Assembly: GCA_963839575.1 (NCBI GenBank)
Contig: CAWIVQ010000003.1
Location: 2,432,601 to 2,496,600 of the forward strand
From: an uncultured Actinomycetes bacterium
GTDB lineage: Bacteria > Actinomycetota > Acidimicrobiia > IMCC26256 > PALSA-610
Reading direction: 5' to 3'
DNA length: 64,000 nt
Numbering within the stretch: position 1 is the stretch's first letter; each line of letters starts with the position of its first letter. The notes beneath the pieces were generated by a model that did not search any database, was not told the origin of the DNA, and saw nothing but the letters and a program-made list of their open reading frames with translations. The translations under genes and the position numbers were made by a program. Below, in pieces: positions 11,191 to 22,429 of this stretch.

Positions 11191-12956
11191 ATGATGGTGG
11201 CGGTTCGTGTGATGGCGCGTCGGATCGGAACGGTTGCTTTGGTCGGTGCTGCGGCCGCCGCGGCGATGTTGCCGGCGATGAATGGTGCGGGCGCGGCCGT
11301 AACGGTTGTGCGCCACACGTTGCCCGTCGTCGATCAGGGCGTGCAGCCGACGAACATTGCCATGGGTTCGGATAACAACCTCTGGTTCACGTATTCGTTC
11401 CGTCAGGCGGTCGGTCGCATCACGCCGTCTGGCGTCGTGACCGATTTTCCGATCCCGACGGCCAACGCCGACTCGGACGGCATTACGGCCGGTCCCGATG
11501 GCGCCTTGTGGTTCACCGAGTTCCAGGCGAACAAGATCGCGAGGGTGACGACCTCGGGATCGGTGACCGAGTATGCGCTGCCGTCGGGCGGTAGCCCGCA
11601 GTTCATCACGGCCGGTCCTGATGGCGCGGTGTGGTTCACCGAGGAATCCGCGCGGCGTATCGGGCGTATCTCGACGGCGGGAGCGATCACCGAGTTCGCG
11701 ATCCCTGGTCCCGGCCGCGGCGCTGAGGACATCGCGACGGGCTCCGACGGCAACCTGTGGTTCACTGATCCTGCCAATGCCCGCGTCGGGAAGCTCACCA
11801 CGGGTGGCGTCGTGAGCTACGTGACCATCCCGCACACCGGTCCACTGACCGTCTCTCCGGCGCAAATCGCGGCCGGACCCGATGGCGCTCTCTGGGTTGC
11901 CGACGACCAAAAGACAATCGACCGCGTGACAGTTGGCGGCGCCGTGACCGAGTTCGCCGACGCAGCCGCGTTCGGCGGGGCGATCACGGCGGGTCCCGAA
12001 CGGCGCGCTCTGGGTTTCGAGCGGCAGCAACGTGGTGCAGCGCGTCGCTCACCGCGGGTGTGGTGACGACCGAGGCGACGCTGGTCGGTGAGGGCGGCGG
12101 CATCACGGCCGGACCGAACAAGACCGTGTGGTGGACGATCCTGAATCCGGGCGAGGTCGACTCAGTCTCGGTCGCGTCCGGTCCGCCGCCGCAGGGCATT
12201 CGCACGACAAGCCGCGACGGCAACGTCTACAACTTCGGCACCGACGTGTCTCACGGCTCGTTGAAGAGTCTCGGTATCACGCCGAACAAGCCCATCGTCG
12301 GTATCGCGTCGACACCCTCTCACGGTGGCTACTGGCTCGCCGGCGCCGATGGCAGTGTCTACGCCTTCGGCAACGCTGCCTTCCACGGCTCGTTGAAGAG
12401 TCTCGGTATCACGCCGAACAAGCCCATCGTCGGTATCGCCGCGACTCCGTCCGGGAGCGGCTATTGGCTGGTGGGGAGCGATGGCAGCGTGTTCGCGTTC
12501 GGCGGGGCCGGATTCCACGGCTCTCTCCCCAGTCTCGGTATCACGCCGAGCAAACTGATCGTCGGTATCGCCGCGACTCCCTCCGGGAACGGCTACTGGC
12601 TCGCCGGGGCAGACGGCGGCATCTTCGCGTTCGGCGGGGCCGGATTCCACGGCTCTCTCCCCAGTCTCGGTATCACGCCGAGCAAACTGATCGTCGGTAT
12701 CGCCGCCACGCCGTCGGGGAACGGCTATTGGTTCGCCGGCGCCGACGGCGGCATCTTCGCCCTCGGCGGGGCGGGCTTCCACGGCTCGCTCCCCGGCTCG
12801 GGCGGCGCGGCCTCACCCGTCGTCGGTATCGAAGCCACCTCGACCGGCGCCGGCTACTGGCTTGCAGAAACGAACGGCACGAACCCGAACTTCGGCAACG
12901 CATCGAACCTTGGGAGCGCATCGCCAACGGCCCCGTTGAGCAGCATCGCCGGCTGA
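11191..12956 (+). CDS. Secreted Vgb (virginiamycin B lyase)-like beta-propeller protein with C-terminal GYWL-DGG repeats (frameshift ~12000)
   Basis: Signal peptide; repeated GITAGPDGALWFTE blades; about 5 GYWLAGADGGIFAFG repeats. Confidence 0.8.
12252..12910 (+). repeat. 132-bp (44-aa) tandem coding repeats
   Basis: cacggctc units start at 12252, 12384, 12516, 12648 and 12780; adjacent pairs are near-identical. Confidence 0.9.
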
Positions 12957-13042
12957 CCTCACCGCAGCGAACGAAGAAGCGCAGCGATACATAACCGACC
13001 GTGCTCGCCTGGTTGCTGGATCGTGCAGGTCCGGGTGCGCAC

Positions 13043-14806
13043 TCAGGCCGCGATACCGCTCACCGGCGCGGTCGGCGACACGCTGCCGAGGTTCGTCGCG
13101 TTCCCGAAGTTCGGGCTCGTCCCGTTGACCTCGGCGACCCAGTACCCGCCGCCGCTCGTCGTCGGTTCGATACCGACGACCGCCGACGCCGCGCCACCCG
13201 ATCCGGGCAGCGAGCCGTGGTAGCCCGCGTTCCCGAACGCGAAGACGCCACCGTCGCTCCCGACGAGCCAGTAGCCGTTGCCCGACAGTGTGGGCGCAAT
13301 GCCAACGGTGGGCGTACCGGTCGTGATGCCCAAGCCGGGCAGCGAACCGTGGTACCCGCGTTCCCGAACGCGAAGATGCCGCCGTCTCGGGCTGCGAGCC
13401 AGTAGCCCTTGCCCGACGGCGTCGACGCGATCCCGACGACAGGTTGATTGAGGTGTGATGCCGCCCATGCGATCCGTAGAAGTGCGCGTCGCCGAACGCG
13501 AAGATGCCGCCGTCGCTGGCTGCGAGCCAGTAGCCCTTGCCCGACGGTGTCGGACGCGATCCCGACGACAGGGTTGATTGAGGTGTGACGCCGCCCATGC
13601 GATCCGTAGAAGTGCGCGTCGCCGAAGCCGAAGATGCCGCCGTCGCTGGCTGCGAGCCAGTAGCCCTTGCCCGACGGTGTCGACGCGATCCCGACGATCG
13701 GATGCGACGGCGTCACGCCGCTGGCCTTCAGCGAACCGTGCGAGACGTCGGTACCGAAGTTGTACACGTTGCCGTCGCGACTCGTCGTGCGATAACCCTG
13801 CGGCGTCGGACCGGTGCCGGTGCCGATCTTCGCCACCTTGTCGCCGTGAGCCTCAGCGAACCACATGGCGCCGGGACGTGCCGCGATGCCGACCGGGAAG
13901 CTGCTCGCAGTCGGAACGACGTATTCCGTGAAGGTGCCGCTCGTGGTCACCTTCGCCACCTTGTTCCCCGTGCCTTCGGTGAACCACACGTTGCCGTCCG
14001 GACCCACGGTGATTCCCTCCGGACCGCTCGAAGCGGTGGGGACGGTGTACTCGGTGAAGGTGCCGCTGGTGGTCACCTTCGCCACCTTGTTTCCCGTCTG
14101 TTCGGCGACCCAGAGCTTGCCGTCGGGGCCCGCCGCGATCCCAGTCGGGAAGCTTCCGGCGGTGGGGACGGTGTACTCGGTGAAGGTGCCGCTCGTGGTC
14201 ACCTTCGCCGACCTTGTTGCCGGTGAGTTCGGTAAACCACAGGTTGGCGTCGGCACCCGTGGTGATCATTTCCGGGATGCTCGCGGCGGTGGGGACGGTG
14301 TACTCGGTGAAGGTGCCGCTCGTGGTCACCTTCGCCACCTTGTTCCCGTCGCGTTCGGTGACCCAGAGCTTGCCGTCCGGACCCGCCGTGATCCCCTCGG
14401 GGTCACTGGCGGCGGTGGGGACGGTGTATTCGGTGAAGGTGCCGCTGGTGGTCACCTTCACCACCTTGTTCGCGGCCGCTTCGGTGAACCAGAGGTTGCC
14501 GTCCGGACCTGCCGTGATCCCATCCGGGCGACTCGCGGCGGTGGGGACCGTGTACTCGGTGACCGTGCCGGCCGGCGTCACCTTCGCCACCTTGTTCGCA
14601 TCGTTCTCGGTGAACCAGACGTTTCCGTCCGGACCCGGTGCACTCCACAACGGCGAGCTTGCCGCAGTCGGCACCGGATATTCAGTGATCGAGCCCAGCG
14701 GATCAGCCGTCGCCGCAGTAGCCGACCACACCCCGACGACGCTCGCGAGTGCGGTCGCCGCGCTCGCTACGCATGCGACGAAGAACCGAGACCGAAAGAA
14801 CCCCAT
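13043..14806 (-). CDS. Second secreted Vgb-like propeller protein with GYWL-DGG repeats (several frameshifts)
   Basis: Signal peptide MGFFRSRFF...ATAATA; GITAGPDGNLWFTE blades; GYWLAASDGGIFAFG repeats; C-terminus paralogous to the convergent gene. Confidence 0.8.
13900..14670 (-). repeat. 126-bp (42-aa) near-identical propeller-blade repeats
   Basis: ggtggggac(g/c)gtgta units at 14035, 14161, 14288, 14414 and 14540; the single 127-bp interval holds the extra base that causes the frameshift. Confidence 0.9.
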
Positions 14807-14818
14807 CCGCCCGCCCTC

Positions 14819-15763
14819 TCATCGTCGAGGGCGCAGCCTTCCCCAAATGAGACTGCGAAAGCAATATGACGGTGGCGACCATGGCAGTGTCTTCGCGCGG
14901 CGGCGTGTTGTCGGGGGAGTCGAGCAGCCCAGGACGCGGAGAGATTTCGAAGGCGATCGAGCCCCGCGGTTCCGCGGGCGGTGATGCGGGCGAGTCGTAG
15001 GCGGCGGAGCGGCGCTGATCGCGATCCAGCCGAAGTCGAGCTGACGGCCGATTCCGAGACGGGGCGAGTTCTCCGCCGCGTGGTGGTTGCGATGCCATCC
15101 TTCGCCGACCGTCAGCCACGCGATGATCGGCATGTTCCGCGAGTATCCGCTCGACGGTTGGCGGACGGTACTCGCGTGCCCGTATCCGTTGATGACGCCG
15201 CCCGCGAGCAGATAGCTCGCGAAGTGCAGTCCGGCGGCGGCGAGACCTGCTGCAACCCCGACGATCACGCCGATCCATCCGCCCACGAGCGTGTGGCCGA
15301 TGAGGCCCATCACGGTACCTGCGAGAGTGATGCCGAGCAGCACTCCCGCCGGTCCGTGGTCGAAGAGCCACCGATCCCACCGGTCGGCCGTGAGGTCGCG
15401 ATACTTCTCTGCGAGGTGCGGATCTCGCGTCGCTTGCGTGTACATCGGTCCGTTGTGCCAGAGCACGTACCGCGCGCCGCGACGACCACCGCCGAAGTTG
15501 ACGGGACTGTGCGGATCATTGCGTGTGTCTTGCGCCGCGTGGTGGTACCGGTGGACCTGTGCCCACTGCCGTGGCTTCATCCCGCTCGTGATCCAGATCA
15601 GGAACCGGCTGGCTCCGCGTACCTCGGGTCGGAACTCCACGCTGTTGTGCGCGAGGTGACGGTGGAGATACACCGTTGTCACCAGCATCGCGAGTTGCGT
15701 GATGACGACACTCAACCCGACCGCAACCAAGAATGTAAACAGGTACGCGAACGCCGGACTCAA
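14819..15763 (-). CDS. Membrane fatty acid (acyl-CoA delta-9-type) desaturase; true 3' end uncertain
   Basis: His boxes LHRHLAH, VHRYHH and GEGWHRNHH; DPHSP. Confidence 0.88.
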   Translation of the reverse strand: MSPAFAYLFTFLVAVGLSVVITQLAMLVTTVYLHRHLAHNSVEFRPEVRGASRFLIWITSGMKPRQWAQVHRYHHAAQDTRNDPHSPVNFGGGRRGARYVLWHNGPMYTQATRDPHLAEKYRDLTADRWDRWLFDHGPAGVLLGITLAGTVMGLIGHTLVGGWIGVIVGVAAGLAAAGLHFASYLLAGGVINGYGHASTVRQPSSGYSRNMPIIAWLTVGEGWHRNHHAAENSPRLGIGRQLDFGWIAISAAPPPTTRPHHRPRNRGARSPSKSLRVLGCSTPPTTRRRAKTLPWSPPSYCFRSLIWGRLRPRR

Positions 15764-15844
15764 CGTGATCTCTTTCGTAGACGGCCAAGCGCGAGATAAC
15801 TCCGGCCCATGTCGATTCGAACATCTGTGCGATGCGGGTTATTC

Positions 15845-17588
15845 CTACGTCTCAGTACGCGCGGTGCCGTCGCGGTTCGTATCGGTCGGCGAGGAGGTCA
15901 CATGGCGGTTACGCAGTTCGCCGTGCGGGGGTCGGATTGGTACCCGCAGACGAGCCAGAAGCCGCCGCGACACGGCGACGACGAAGGTGTTCCGAAATGG
16001 TGTGACCCGTTCGGCGACTTGGCGAGGAGGTGTCGACCGCGTGATGGTGGTCTCACGCTGCTCGCCTTGTAGTGCGACGTCGATTTCGGGAAAGACTTGA
16101 CCGATGGCGCGCTTCGCGACGGTCACGGTCGCGTGGTCGAACCGATAGGTCGGAACGACGAGCGGCCCGGTCGTCGCGCAGATGGTCGAGATCAGGCTGT
16201 CGAGCCAGGGAGTGCGTGCGACTTCGGCGGCAACGGCGGGGTTGTGGTGTTCGATCGCGTCAGCGGCGATCGCCAGGTCGTCGATGACGTCACGCACGAT
16301 CTGTCGCGCTGATTCGGTGGTGACTCGGGTCGCGACGTTCATCGCGTTCCTGACCACCACGGTCGGCAGCGGGGCAGCCGCAACGGTCGGCCGTGGTTGT
16401 GCGATGGAGGTCGAGCCGCTCTCGGCACAGTTCGTCGGCACGGGCCGAGTCGCAGACGTGACGTCGGCTGTGCTCGCGGGTGCGCCCGCGCCCACGATGA
16501 TCGCCGAGTACGCCATCGCGACGGCGCCGACGACCGCGACGCGGCGCAGACGTCGTCCGACACCGGCGGTGCGAGTGACTGGGTTGCCGCTCGATGCCGG
16601 CCCCAGCCCGAGCATCGTCGCGAGTCGGTCGGTGGCCGAACCGGCCACGGGGAGGAACCGTTCGAGGATCGGCCGGGCCGCGCAGACCACCGCGAGCGCC
16701 GCGAGGAGCGCGACCTTGGTTGCGAACTCGGTTCGTTGTGGCGCAGCCAGCGCGACGAACACGAGCGCGATCGCGGCACCGTACGCAACGCGGGCGATTC
16801 GCCCGCGGGGGACGGTCTTGGGATCGGTGATCATGAAGAACATGAACACGAGCACCTCTGGCGAAGTCACCAGCACCGTCCAGAAGTACCGGTCGCAGAC
16901 GGGCCCGATGTGCCATCGTGCGGTGATGCAGTGCCCTCGGGCCGCGAGGAGCGCCAACGCGGCCGCGTATGACAGCCAAAAGCTCGTGATCACTCCGAGC
17001 ATCTGCACTCGCCAAGCCAGGAGCAGCCCGCCGACGACGGTGACGGTCAGCGCCAGCGTCGAGCGCGATGCCGGGCCGTACCCACCAGAAGTCGAGCGGG
17101 TCGACTCGCCGGCTCCCCAGCACCAAGAACGCCAACAGCAGACCGAAGTTCGACGGGTTGAACAGCGGGCGACCGCCCACCCGGATCAGATACTTCGACG
17201 CCAACGACACGACCGCTACCACGGCGAAGATCCACGCACCACGCAGACTCCACCAATCGCCGTGCTCGGTCCCGGGAACGCGTAACACGAACGCGACGCC
17301 GTTCCCCGTCAACAGTGCACTCGCCGGCCATTGGATGACTCGGTGCCGCCGCAACGTGATCCCGAGTTCCAAGACGGCGCATGTGCCGACTGCGATCAGG
17401 ATCTGCGCGATCGAGACGTCGAAATGCAACAGCGTCTGGCCGAGCACCTGGAGCGATACCACGACCAGCGCAACGTGCAGTCGAGGATCTCGAACGTCGG
17501 GACCAACGAACGGATACATCCGAGCTACCCAGCCCTGCTCGTCCGGGCGACCCACTTCGGGCTCGGGATCCCGGGTTCGCATTCGCAC
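15845..17588 (-). CDS. NqrB/RnfD-like (UnbU-like) membrane protein with C-terminal extracytoplasmic domain (frameshift ~17050)
   Basis: DPRLH, SALLTG, SKYLIR...LFNPSNFG, FMFFMITDPKTVP. Confidence 0.72.
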
Positions 17589-17756
17589 CGCGGCCAGTTC
17601 GCGTCGTGGTGTTGCGCACCCCTCTGCGAGCGTCCCCGTCGGGGCCTGGCATCGTCAGTCTGATCGGCACGCGAGGCCTGACCACGGATGGCCCGCACCC
17701 GCTCCTCCAAGGCGAAGCCCGTGTGCATCGAGGGCGCGGTCGTTGATGGTTGGCGT

Positions 17757-19028
17757 CTACCGGGCGAACATCGCGACGAAGTATCGGGTGCCGGGCACGA
17801 GGTAGCGGTTCGCACTGCGTTGCATATCGGGGAGGAGTTTGGATGGCACCACGGGCCCGTTGGCGCCGGGGAGGCCGTTGGTGGCGGGGAGGCCGTTGGT
17901 GGCAGGGAGGAAGGTGTCGAAGCTCACCCAGTACGAGTTGATGTCGAGTTCCATGGCCCGTACCGCGCCCGCGGCGCGGAGCACGTCGGCGAGGCTCACG
18001 ATGTCGAGTATGCCCGCGGCGTAGACGAGGTTGCCTCGGGCGTCGATCCCGACACCGGAGCGCCAGACGAAGACGCGGCCGCCGAGGGTCTCGCCCCAGC
18101 GGAGGTGGTCATCGCGCGAAAGGCCCGCGACGTCCTGACCGCCGTCGACGATGAGATCGAGGCTTTGGAACGCGGACGCATACGGGGTGGTGGGCTGGAT
18201 GTCGCGGCCCCACACCCCGAGGTCGACGGTGCCGTCGGCGCGCACTCCGAACGTGGCGCGGCCCCCCACGAAAGGATGTACGACGCGCCCTTCGCTCTGG
18301 TAGCCGCCGCGCGCCATGTCGAGGCGGAAGCCTCCATTGAACGCGGCGACCAAGCCCGCCGTCTCCGAGGCCGGCACGTGGTCGCCGTGTTGCCAACCGG
18401 ACCCGCCCGGCTGATCGTTGCCGTTGTAGATCACGGCTCGTAGCGCTCGCCGGTCGAGCCACGCAACGCCCGCGAGCAGGCTGGTGTGCACCGGGTCGGG
18501 CCGCATGAACGTCTCGTACACGGCGGGACGGCCGTCGACGAGACGGCCGGTGGCCTGCCACACGCCCTCACCCGCGAGCGCAGGACTCGCGATCGCCTTG
18601 ATCGGCGGGGGCGAATACCGAACCGTGGTGGGAGTGCGCGCGACGCCGGTCGGGGGTGTCGTCGGGCCAATGGGCGCGGCGACCTTGGGGATGCCGCCCT
18701 TGGGGGTACCGCCCTTCGCGGGTTGATGGTGTTCGTACCACGTGCGTTCGATGACGTTGACGATCCCGCCCCCACCATGACCGCGGACCCACTCGACGAA
18801 CTTCACACTCACCGGATCCGACCCGCGCACCAACGCGGTCCCGAGCGACCAGCCCACCGTGATCACCACCGCGAGCAGCACCACCATGACGATGCGGCGC
18901 ACCCGGCGCCGAATCGCGCGCCGGGCTGCTACCACTTCGACCGTGTCACTCTCATCGAGCTCCGAGCCGGTCGGAGCACCCGCGCCGGGATCGACCCGGT
19001 CAGGCGTGAACGTCATACCAAGCACCAT
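17757..19028 (-). CDS. Membrane-anchored phosphodiester glycosidase (NAGPA-like) family protein
   Basis: N-terminal TM; AAFNGGF, WRSGVG, GAVRAMELDIN. Confidence 0.72.
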   Translation of the reverse strand: MVLGMTFTPDRVDPGAGAPTGSELDESDTVEVVAARRAIRRRVRRIVMVVLLAVVITVGWSLGTALVRGSDPVSVKFVEWVRGHGGGGIVNVIERTWYEHHQPAKGGTPKGGIPKVAAPIGPTTPPTGVARTPTTVRYSPPPIKAIASPALAGEGVWQATGRLVDGRPAVYETFMRPDPVHTSLLAGVAWLDRRALRAVIYNGNDQPGGSGWQHGDHVPASETAGLVAAFNGGFRLDMARGGYQSEGRVVHPFVGGRATFGVRADGTVDLGVWGRDIQPTTPYASAFQSLDLIVDGGQDVAGLSRDDHLRWGETLGGRVFVWRSGVGIDARGNLVYAAGILDIVSLADVLRAAGAVRAMELDINSYWVSFDTFLPATNGLPATNGLPGANGPVVPSKLLPDMQRSANRYLVPGTRYFVAMFAR

Positions 19029-19141
19029 ATGGCCGCCCGACCCGACGGCCGGGTTTGGCCCGCGATGAGCCGCACGCTCTTGGTGGCGGTGGCGGGGGGC
19101 GCACGGTGGTACGGAGGGTCCGAGGCCGGGAGCAGCCCCGT

Positions 19142-20362
19142 TCAGCGCGGCGGCGTCCAGCGGACCGGCAGGCGCGCCGGGCCCCAGATCCCGAACGTCT
19201 CGGGCTTCCAGCCGATGGGCCCGCCGAGTTCGAGGTCGGGGAGCCGTTGTGCGATGACGGTGAGCGCCTCTTGGAGTTCAGCGCGGGCAAGGTGTGCGCC
19301 GAGGCAATAGTGGATACCGGACCCGAACGTCATCTGTGGCGTTGTCGTTTCGCGGGTGATGTCGAAGCGTTCGGGCTCGGGGAAGATGTCCGGGTCGCGA
19401 TTCGCCCCGGCGAGCGAGAGCGCGACGAGGGTTCCGGCGGGGAACAGCACACCGCGATATTCGATCTCTCGAGACGCGACCCGCATCGTCGCCTGCACGG
19501 CCCCGAGGTAGCGCATCGTCTCCTCGACGACCCGCGGTGCCAGCTGTGGTTGTGCGACGAACCTTCGCCATTGCTCGGGATGCGCGCCGAGGAGCGCGAT
19601 GCAACAGGCGAGCTGGTTGCGGGTGGTATCGGTGCCGGCCATGAGCACGGCTTCGGCGAGCATGATCAATTCGTCGTTCGAGAGCCGGTCACCGGATTCT
19701 TCGACCGCGATGAGGGCGCTCAGCAGATCCGAGCCCGGCTGGTCGCGGCGGCGGTCGACCAGGGTCCGTACGTAGGTTTCGAGCTCGGCGGATGCGCCTT
19801 GGATCGCGGGGAGGTCTTCGGCCAGGTTTTGGTTGAAGATCCGGAAGATGTCGGTCGCCCACCTGGAAAACAGTTGCCAGTCGTCCTTCGGGGCACCGAG
19901 GAGTTCACAGATGATCGGGATCGGGTACGGCTCGCACACCTCCGCCACCAGGTCGCACTGGCCCGCAGGAGCGACGGTATCCATGAGTTCGCCGATCACG
20001 GTCCGCATGAACGGCCGTAGACGATCGGCGGCAGCCGGTGTGAACGCAGGAGCAACCAGGCGACGGAGCCGGGCGTGTTCGTCGCCTTCCATCGACAGGA
20101 TCGACGGACGCCGCGTCTCCAAGTAGCTGCCGTCGACACCCTGCATCTGCGGGATCAACGACAGCGCGGAATGGAATCGCCGATCCCGCAACACCGCAAC
20201 GATGTCGTCGTAGCGCGTCGAGCGCGAAGCCCATCGGGGTGCGTGCGAGCCAATGTTGGGCGCGAGCCTCGGCGATGACTGCCAGACGCTGATCGCGGTC
20301 GACGCCGGCCGTGTCGCACGACGGCAGATCGAGCTCGTAGGCCGATATCGCGACCACGCCAC
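19142..20362 (-). CDS. Cytochrome P450 (frameshift ~20220)
   Basis: AGTDTT I-helix, EETMR (ExxR), FGSGIHYCLG heme ligand. Confidence 0.95.
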   Translation of the reverse strand: MAWSRYRPTSSICRRATRPASTAISVWQSSPRLAPNIGSHAPRWASRSTRYDDIVAVLRDRRFHSALSLIPQMQGVDGSYLETRRPSILSMEGDEHARLRRLVAPAFTPAAADRLRPFMRTVIGELMDTVAPAGQCDLVAEVCEPYPIPIICELLGAPKDDWQLFSRWATDIFRIFNQNLAEDLPAIQGASAELETYVRTLVDRRRDQPGSDLLSALIAVEESGDRLSNDELIMLAEAVLMAGTDTTRNQLACCIALLGAHPEQWRRFVAQPQLAPRVVEETMRYLGAVQATMRVASREIEYRGVLFPAGTLVALSLAGANRDPDIFPEPERFDITRETTTPQMTFGSGIHYCLGAHLARAELQEALTVIAQRLPDLELGGPIGWKPETFGIWGPARLPVRWTPPR

Positions 20363-20539
20363 TCCCTTGGTCGACCCCGAAGGTACCCCGAATGCGCGAC
20401 CTTAGCCCCGGGGGTGGGAGCGCTTCCCTGCGCGCGACCGTCGCGCGCGAGCGCGGCCATGCACTCGGCCGGCCCCATCCGCGATCGGCCCGGCACATCG
20501 GCGCGGTGGAGGAGACGAGTCTCTGAAAGACTTGTACCC

Positions 20540-22203
20540 GTGACGTTCGACGATGCCCGGCGTGATCTCGAGGCCTGGCGTGCCGACTTCCCGGACGACC
20601 CGTTCGCCGCCGATGCATCCCTGCGCCGGCTCCTCGTCGGCGCCTTGCCGGCCGAGCGCATGGCCGCGCTCGGCGCGCGAGGCGACCCGTTTCGGCCGGG
20701 CTGTGGTCGACACCATCGGTCCGGCGTGCGCGCGCTATGAGCACCGCGCGCACCTGCCCGAGTTGGCGCGCTACGACGGTTTCGGCCGCCGAATCGAGGC
20801 CGTGCGCTTCGATCCCGATTACCACCGTGCGGGCGAAGCGGTCTGGCGAAGCGGCCTCGTCGCCCACGCGGGTACCCCGGGTCGCGCGTACGAACAGGCG
20901 ACGCTTCTCTACCTCCTGTCACTCGAAGGTGAAGCCGGTCACGCGTGTCCGGCGGTGTGCACGATCGGCCTTGCGCGCGCGCTGCGGCGAGCCGCGGACC
21001 CCGCGATTCGTGACCGGTTCCTGCCGCCGCTGCTCGACACCGACTACGCGCACGCCGAACGAGGGTCGCAGTTCCTGACCGAAGTGCAGGGTGGCAGCGA
21101 CGTCGGGGCCAACGCGACGATCGCGCGACCGCGCGCCGATGGCACCTATGAGATCACGGGCGAGAAGTGGTTCTGCTCCGTTGCCGACGCGCAGCAGTTC
21201 CTTGTCACCGCCCGCGTACCCGACGGTCCGTCGGGCACGCGGGGACTCGGTTGCTTCGTGATCCCCCGAACGCTCGATGACGTGCCGAACGGCTTCGTTC
21301 TGCGACGCCTGAAGGAGAAGCTCGGCACTCGAGGTATGGCATCCGGCGAGATCGACCTCGACGGAGCCCGCGCCTGGCCGATCGGAGCAGTCGAGAACGG
21401 CTTCCGCACCGCGGTCGGGATCGTTCTGAACACGAGCCGTTGGATGACCGCGATCGGATCCGCCGGGATGATGCGGCGCGCGTACCTCGAAGCGTCGGCG
21501 TACGCGCGCCACCGCCGCGCGTTCGGACGCCCGATCGACGAGTTCCCGTCGACGCGCGCGACGATCGCCGACCTGCGCGTTCTGTGGCTCGGGGCGCTGC
21601 ATCTCGCGTTCGCGCTGACCGCGCTCGAAGACCGCATCGACGCCGCGAACGCCGATGACGAGGTCACCGTCTACCACCGCTTCCTCGTGAACGCGACGAA
21701 GTACGCCCTTTCGGTCGACGCCACGAGCGCGACGCGCACGGCGATCGAGGTGCTCGGAGGCAACGGCACGATCGAAGACTTCAGCGTCCTCCCGCGCCTC
21801 TACCGCGACTCGATCGTCTACGAGTCGTGGGAAGGCACACACAACGTGCTCGTCGCGCAGGTTCTCACCGACCTGCACCGGATGCCCATCGTCGACGTCG
21901 TCGCCGAACGCCTCGGCAAGATCTTGCACGCGAGCTCCGCGCCCTTCGCCGACCAGGCGCACGCCGAGCTCGACGACGCGGTCGACGACATGCGCCGATC
22001 GATCACCGACCGCGACTTCGGCGACCGCCACTTCCGCAGCGTGCTCGACCGCGTCGTCACGATCGCGCGGCATCGCAGCTCTCCTCGAAGGCGGCGAGGA
22101 CCTTGCGGCCGAGCACCTCCTCCAGGCGCGACTCGTCGGTCGGAGTCCGCGGCGCGATCCCGGCTACGCCGCCCGCGTCGACGTCCTCGCCGCCGCCGAC
22201 TGA
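20540..22203 (+). CDS. AidB-like acyl-CoA dehydrogenase (frameshifts ~20680, ~22075)
   Basis: HACP, LTEVQGGSDV, GEKWFCS, LKEKLGTRGMASGEI, LGGNG...RLYRD...WEGTHNV. Confidence 0.88.
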
Positions 22204-22429
22204 CCCCCCGTGGCAGCTCGCACTCGAGCGCAAAGTCGGCGGAGCCGATGCTCGGGGCGGCTCTCGCGCCCTTCGCCCGGCGTGACGGGTCGCCATCTGT
22301 GGGCGGGCAGAGCGTCGCCGAGGATCGACGGTCCGGGGTGGCGACTGCTTCGGACCCTGCGAATGTCCCGACAGAATGTCAGCGCACGAGCGGTGCCCGA
22401 TGACAGATGACGAGGGCAAGGGATCGCGA

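Noticed and set aside
12252-14670. Regular repeats as a CRISPR array
   Set aside because: The units are 126-132 bp, in-frame coding repeats without unique spacers, and no cas genes are present.
11191-14806. Streptogramin resistance (vgb) genes
   Set aside because: These are secreted proteins with surface repeats; only the propeller fold is shared, with no evidence for lyase activity.
17855-17910. 18-bp triple repeat
   Set aside because: In-frame LPATNG-type loop duplication within the glycosidase gene.
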